Positions 7,918 through 10,531 of a stretch of 10,531 nt of DNA are shown one piece after another. Under the pieces are notes generated by a model, which saw only the letters and a list, made by a program, of their open reading frames with translations, was not told the origin of the DNA and did no database searches. A program made the translations under genes and the position numbers. The stretch's first letter is position 1. Each line of letters opens with the position of its first letter. Source of the stretch: Planctomycetota bacterium (GTDB lineage Bacteria; Planctomycetota; GCA-002687715; DRQF01); NCBI GenBank assembly GCA_027001995.1, contig JALTLO010000167.1, positions 1-10,531 of the forward strand, in the 5' to 3' direction.

Positions 7918-9644
7918 AGGACTTCCACCTTTCGGTTAAACAACAGAGAGTACATAAGTGTAGGAAGTAAAGTAATCGCCACGATCATGACGCAGAGAGC
8001 TGCCACTTCTTCATCCCGAGCAAAGTGGATCATGTTGAAGATGCGGATTTGAACGGTTGAAGAATCAGGTGGCTGTACCACAAGGCCTGCCCCCAACTCC
8101 CCTAAGGACAGAACAAATCCCAGCAAGAAAGCCGCCATGACACCTGGGCCGAGCACTGGTAAAATAATGCCACAAAATCGATTCCAAGGGCTACGTTGCA
8201 CTAAGAGACCGGCCTCAACTTGCCTCGGGTCAACAAGCTTCAGAGCTGCGGCCACGCAACGGACTGCAAAAGGCAAGAACAGAGTTAGGTAGCAAAGAAA
8301 GTAGATCCCCGAGCGCTGGTAAATGAAATGGTCCACCCACCCGCGAAAAAATGAAGGGAGAAATGTCGCATTCGCAAATCCTCCCCAAAACCGATTCATG
8401 GCAACCCCAACGACCACAGCGGGAAAAGCGAAAGGCAAGAGCGCCAAAACTTCCACCATGAAACCTCTCTTACGGCCCATACGGGAAGCTAAGAGAGCAA
8501 CTCCCAATCCGCCGGCAGCCACAACAACAGCGCCGCCCAAAGCAAGAACAAAACTATTGTGAATGTCATCTTCTACGTTTTTCCAAATCGTGCGGTAGGT
8601 ATCGAGACCTCCGGCTTTCTCAAGCAGGGCGTAAAAAGGGACGAAAGACGTTATCAGAACAAGGCCCCAAGCGAAGAGACCCAAGGCCCAATTTTTGGGC
8701 ATCAAGGAATTGGGGTGTTTGACCGGCGTTGAGCGGCTTTGAAAGACCTGTCCCCTACTGCTGATTGTCACCCACAACAACGCCAAGACCGTGATCAGAA
8801 CAAGAGGGGCTGCCACGACTCCAGCGGAAGCCGAATCAACTTGACTCGCAGCAAAGAAGATGTCGATCATAATGGTTGGCGTATCCAAGAGCGCCGGAAT
8901 GGGATAGCAACCCGCAGCAAAAATGAACACAAAGAAGACACCAGCCCAAACATGGGGTTTCAACATGGGCAAGAGCACACCACCGACACTCTGTCGGTGA
9001 GATCGGGGGAAGAGGCAAAGAAACCAACGTCCGCGAAGAATATCTCCCAATGACCGCTTCCATCTTGGTTGTGCGACCTGGCGCTCAGGGATGAACAAAG
9101 CGGATTCTTCGGCCCTTGGGTCCAGCCGTGCGAGACCCGCCGAAATAATCAGAGCACAAAGGGGCCAAAACGCAGCGACCAACATCCAAGTTGCCCCGGG
9201 GAAAAAAATGGGTGCTCCTTCGACTTCGAAGATCCCGGCCCTCACGTTGACTTCATAACCCCAAGTATCCATGACCCATTTGGTAATCAAACCTTGTTTG
9301 CCAATGATTCGCATCCAAGCGATTCCTTGGATATGAGGGGGAATGAGCAAAGGTACAACATAGAGAATTCTCAGAAGAGAACGCCCGGGGAAACGAGCTC
9401 GATGCAAGGCCAAGGCGAAAGGAAGTGCCAAAAGCAGGGCAATCACAGTTACCGACACAGCCAAGATCAAAGTGACAGCGATACGATCCAGGATGACATC
9501 ATTCACTTGCCCCCAACGCGCAACGGCGTCACCCCGAAGCATGGCAGCGAATAGTCCTAACATCGGCACCAAGACTACAGCCAAGACAAAGACTGCGAAC
9601 CAGGTATTGCCCGACGATCTAAATTTCTTGAGGGGGTTGGTCAC
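7914..9644 (-). CDS. ABC transporter permease, fused two-module FbpB/ThiP class
   Basis: Many hydrophobic helices arranged in two modules, with typical motifs RARFPGRSLL, PLLIPP, LPFAFPAVVVG, FLPF and FVLSLGELG. EAA-like loops are LDPRAEESA and VDPRQVEAG. Preferred start is GTG 9644, 1 nt after the binding-protein stop. The ORF track's GTG 9683 would overlap the upstream gene by 38 nt. Confidence 0.93.
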   Translation of the reverse strand: MTNPLKKFRSSGNTWFAVFVLAVVLVPMLGLFAAMLRGDAVARWGQVNDVILDRIAVTLILAVSVTVIALLLALPFALALHRARFPGRSLLRILYVVPLLIPPHIQGIAWMRIIGKQGLITKWVMDTWGYEVNVRAGIFEVEGAPIFFPGATWMLVAAFWPLCALIISAGLARLDPRAEESALFIPERQVAQPRWKRSLGDILRGRWFLCLFPRSHRQSVGGVLLPMLKPHVWAGVFFVFIFAAGCYPIPALLDTPTIMIDIFFAASQVDSASAGVVAAPLVLITVLALLWVTISSRGQVFQSRSTPVKHPNSLMPKNWALGLFAWGLVLITSFVPFYALLEKAGGLDTYRTIWKNVEDDIHNSFVLALGGAVVVAAGGLGVALLASRMGRKRGFMVEVLALLPFAFPAVVVGVAMNRFWGGFANATFLPSFFRGWVDHFIYQRSGIYFLCYLTLFLPFAVRCVAAALKLVDPRQVEAGLLVQRSPWNRFCGIILPVLGPGVMAAFLLGFVLSLGELGAGLVVQPPDSSTVQIRIFNMIHFARDEEVAALCVMIVAITLLPTLMYSLLFNRKVEVL

Positions 9645-9645
9645 G

Positions 9646-10530
9646 CTATTGAGCCGATCTCTTGCCCAGTGCGATGAGGGCACCTAAAACGAGAATAGAC
9701 CCAAGAATCCAGGGCCAACTGCGTCCAGTCTTGGAGTCATTTTCAAAGGTTATGTGCAAGTACTGGCCATGCTCGGAGATACTCTGCCCCACAGATTCCC
9801 AATCGACCTTCATGGCCTTGATCTGGTCGAGTGTCAAACCACCCTCCGGGACTTTTACCCCTGGATGCAAGGGAATCTGAGCCGACCGTCCTGCTGCCAA
9901 CTTGGCTTCAACTTCTTTGGAGAGAATGAAGTCCACAAGTTTCTTGGCGTTGTCTAAGTTCTTTGCCCCTTTCACGATCATGACAGAATTCGGGATCAAC
10001 AAAGTCCCCCGCTCACCTTCTCCTTGATCGGGCAAAATGATCGCCGTGGGACGTCCCTTGAGTTGGGAAACATGAGCGTCATCTGTGTCCGTGTATCCCC
10101 AGGCGTAACGCCCTTCCCCCACATCCCGCATGGCCATGGCATTGCCCCGAGTCCAGTAGATGTTATTCCCCCGGACCGCATCAATCCAAGCCTTCATTGG
10201 CCCCTTGCCCCAAGTAGAGAAAAGCGCGGCAAAGTGAGTCAATGTCGTTCCCGTCAGAGGTTTGGCCATGACCACATGCCCAGCCCACTTTTTGTCCTTG
10301 AGATCATCAAGTCCATGAGGCATACCCAAAGCCTTCATCTTTTCACTTGCCATCAACTCCGTGTTGTAAATGATGACACGGGCTCGAGCGGCAAATCCCG
10401 TCCAGAAGCCTTCCCTACTTTTGTATTCGTCGGGGATGGACGCAGCATTGGGAGAGACATAGGGCTGAAGCAACCCTTTGTTCTTCAGACGTATGGTTTG
10501 TCCAACTTCGTTGTTCCAATAAACATCACA
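9646..10530 (-). CDS. ABC extracellular solute-binding protein, Fe3+/thiamine/polyamine (AfuA/FutA-like) class, 5'-truncated by the window edge, with a C-terminal transmembrane tail
   Basis: The frame is open to the window end (CDVYWNNEVGQTIRLKNKGLLQPYVSP...). Class motifs include WTGFAARARVIIYNT, MAKPLTGTT, PDQGEGERGTLLIPNSVMIVKGAKNLDNAKKLVDFILS and QIPL. It ends in WPWILGSILVLGALIALGKRSAQ*. Confidence 0.92.
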   Translation of the reverse strand, partial: CDVYWNNEVGQTIRLKNKGLLQPYVSPNAASIPDEYKSREGFWTGFAARARVIIYNTELMASEKMKALGMPHGLDDLKDKKWAGHVVMAKPLTGTTLTHFAALFSTWGKGPMKAWIDAVRGNNIYWTRGNAMAMRDVGEGRYAWGYTDTDDAHVSQLKGRPTAIILPDQGEGERGTLLIPNSVMIVKGAKNLDNAKKLVDFILSKEVEAKLAAGRSAQIPLHPGVKVPEGGLTLDQIKAMKVDWESVGQSISEHGQYLHITFENDSKTGRSWPWILGSILVLGALIALGKRSAQ

Positions 10531-10531
10531 A

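Noticed and set aside
742..10184. Numerous other short ORFs (60-172 aa) on both strands
   Set aside because: Nearly all lie within the seven motif-supported genes, which already tile the region, and their translations show no family features.
6874..10530. Assigning fbpABC/afuABC/futABC gene symbols
   Set aside because: The transporter class is clear, but the binding protein lacks the diagnostic Tyr-Tyr ligands, so substrate and orthology cannot be supported.
1..10531. CRISPR arrays, tRNA/rRNA genes, IS elements, intrinsic terminators, Fur box
   Set aside because: The window is almost entirely coding. No repeat array, transposase or hairpin with a U-tract was seen, and the operon's promoter lies outside the window.

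Overview
Bacterial DNA holding seven tightly packed genes, all on the minus strand. In transcription order they encode: a 5'-truncated ABC solute-binding protein (Fe3+/thiamine/polyamine class) with an unusual C-terminal membrane anchor, a fused two-module ABC permease, an ABC ATPase, an N-terminally anchored five-CxxCH multiheme cytochrome c, a HEAT-repeat lipoprotein, a secreted FG-GAP-like protein (after a 68-bp spacer), and a large polytopic membrane protein with a Thr-nucleophile sulfatase/LTA-synthase-like domain. The first five genes abut or overlap, which suggests translational coupling. The main point of interest is the apparent operon joining an FbpABC-like importer to a multiheme cytochrome and a HEAT lipoprotein, a candidate redox-coupled uptake system. 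The binding protein has an Asp cluster instead of the Tyr-Tyr iron ligands, so its substrate is uncertain. The protein styles suggest Planctomycetota/PVC, but this is inference only. A possible convergent gene ends at 120. No RNA genes, CRISPR arrays or mobile elements were seen. All family assignments come from motif recognition, not database searches.
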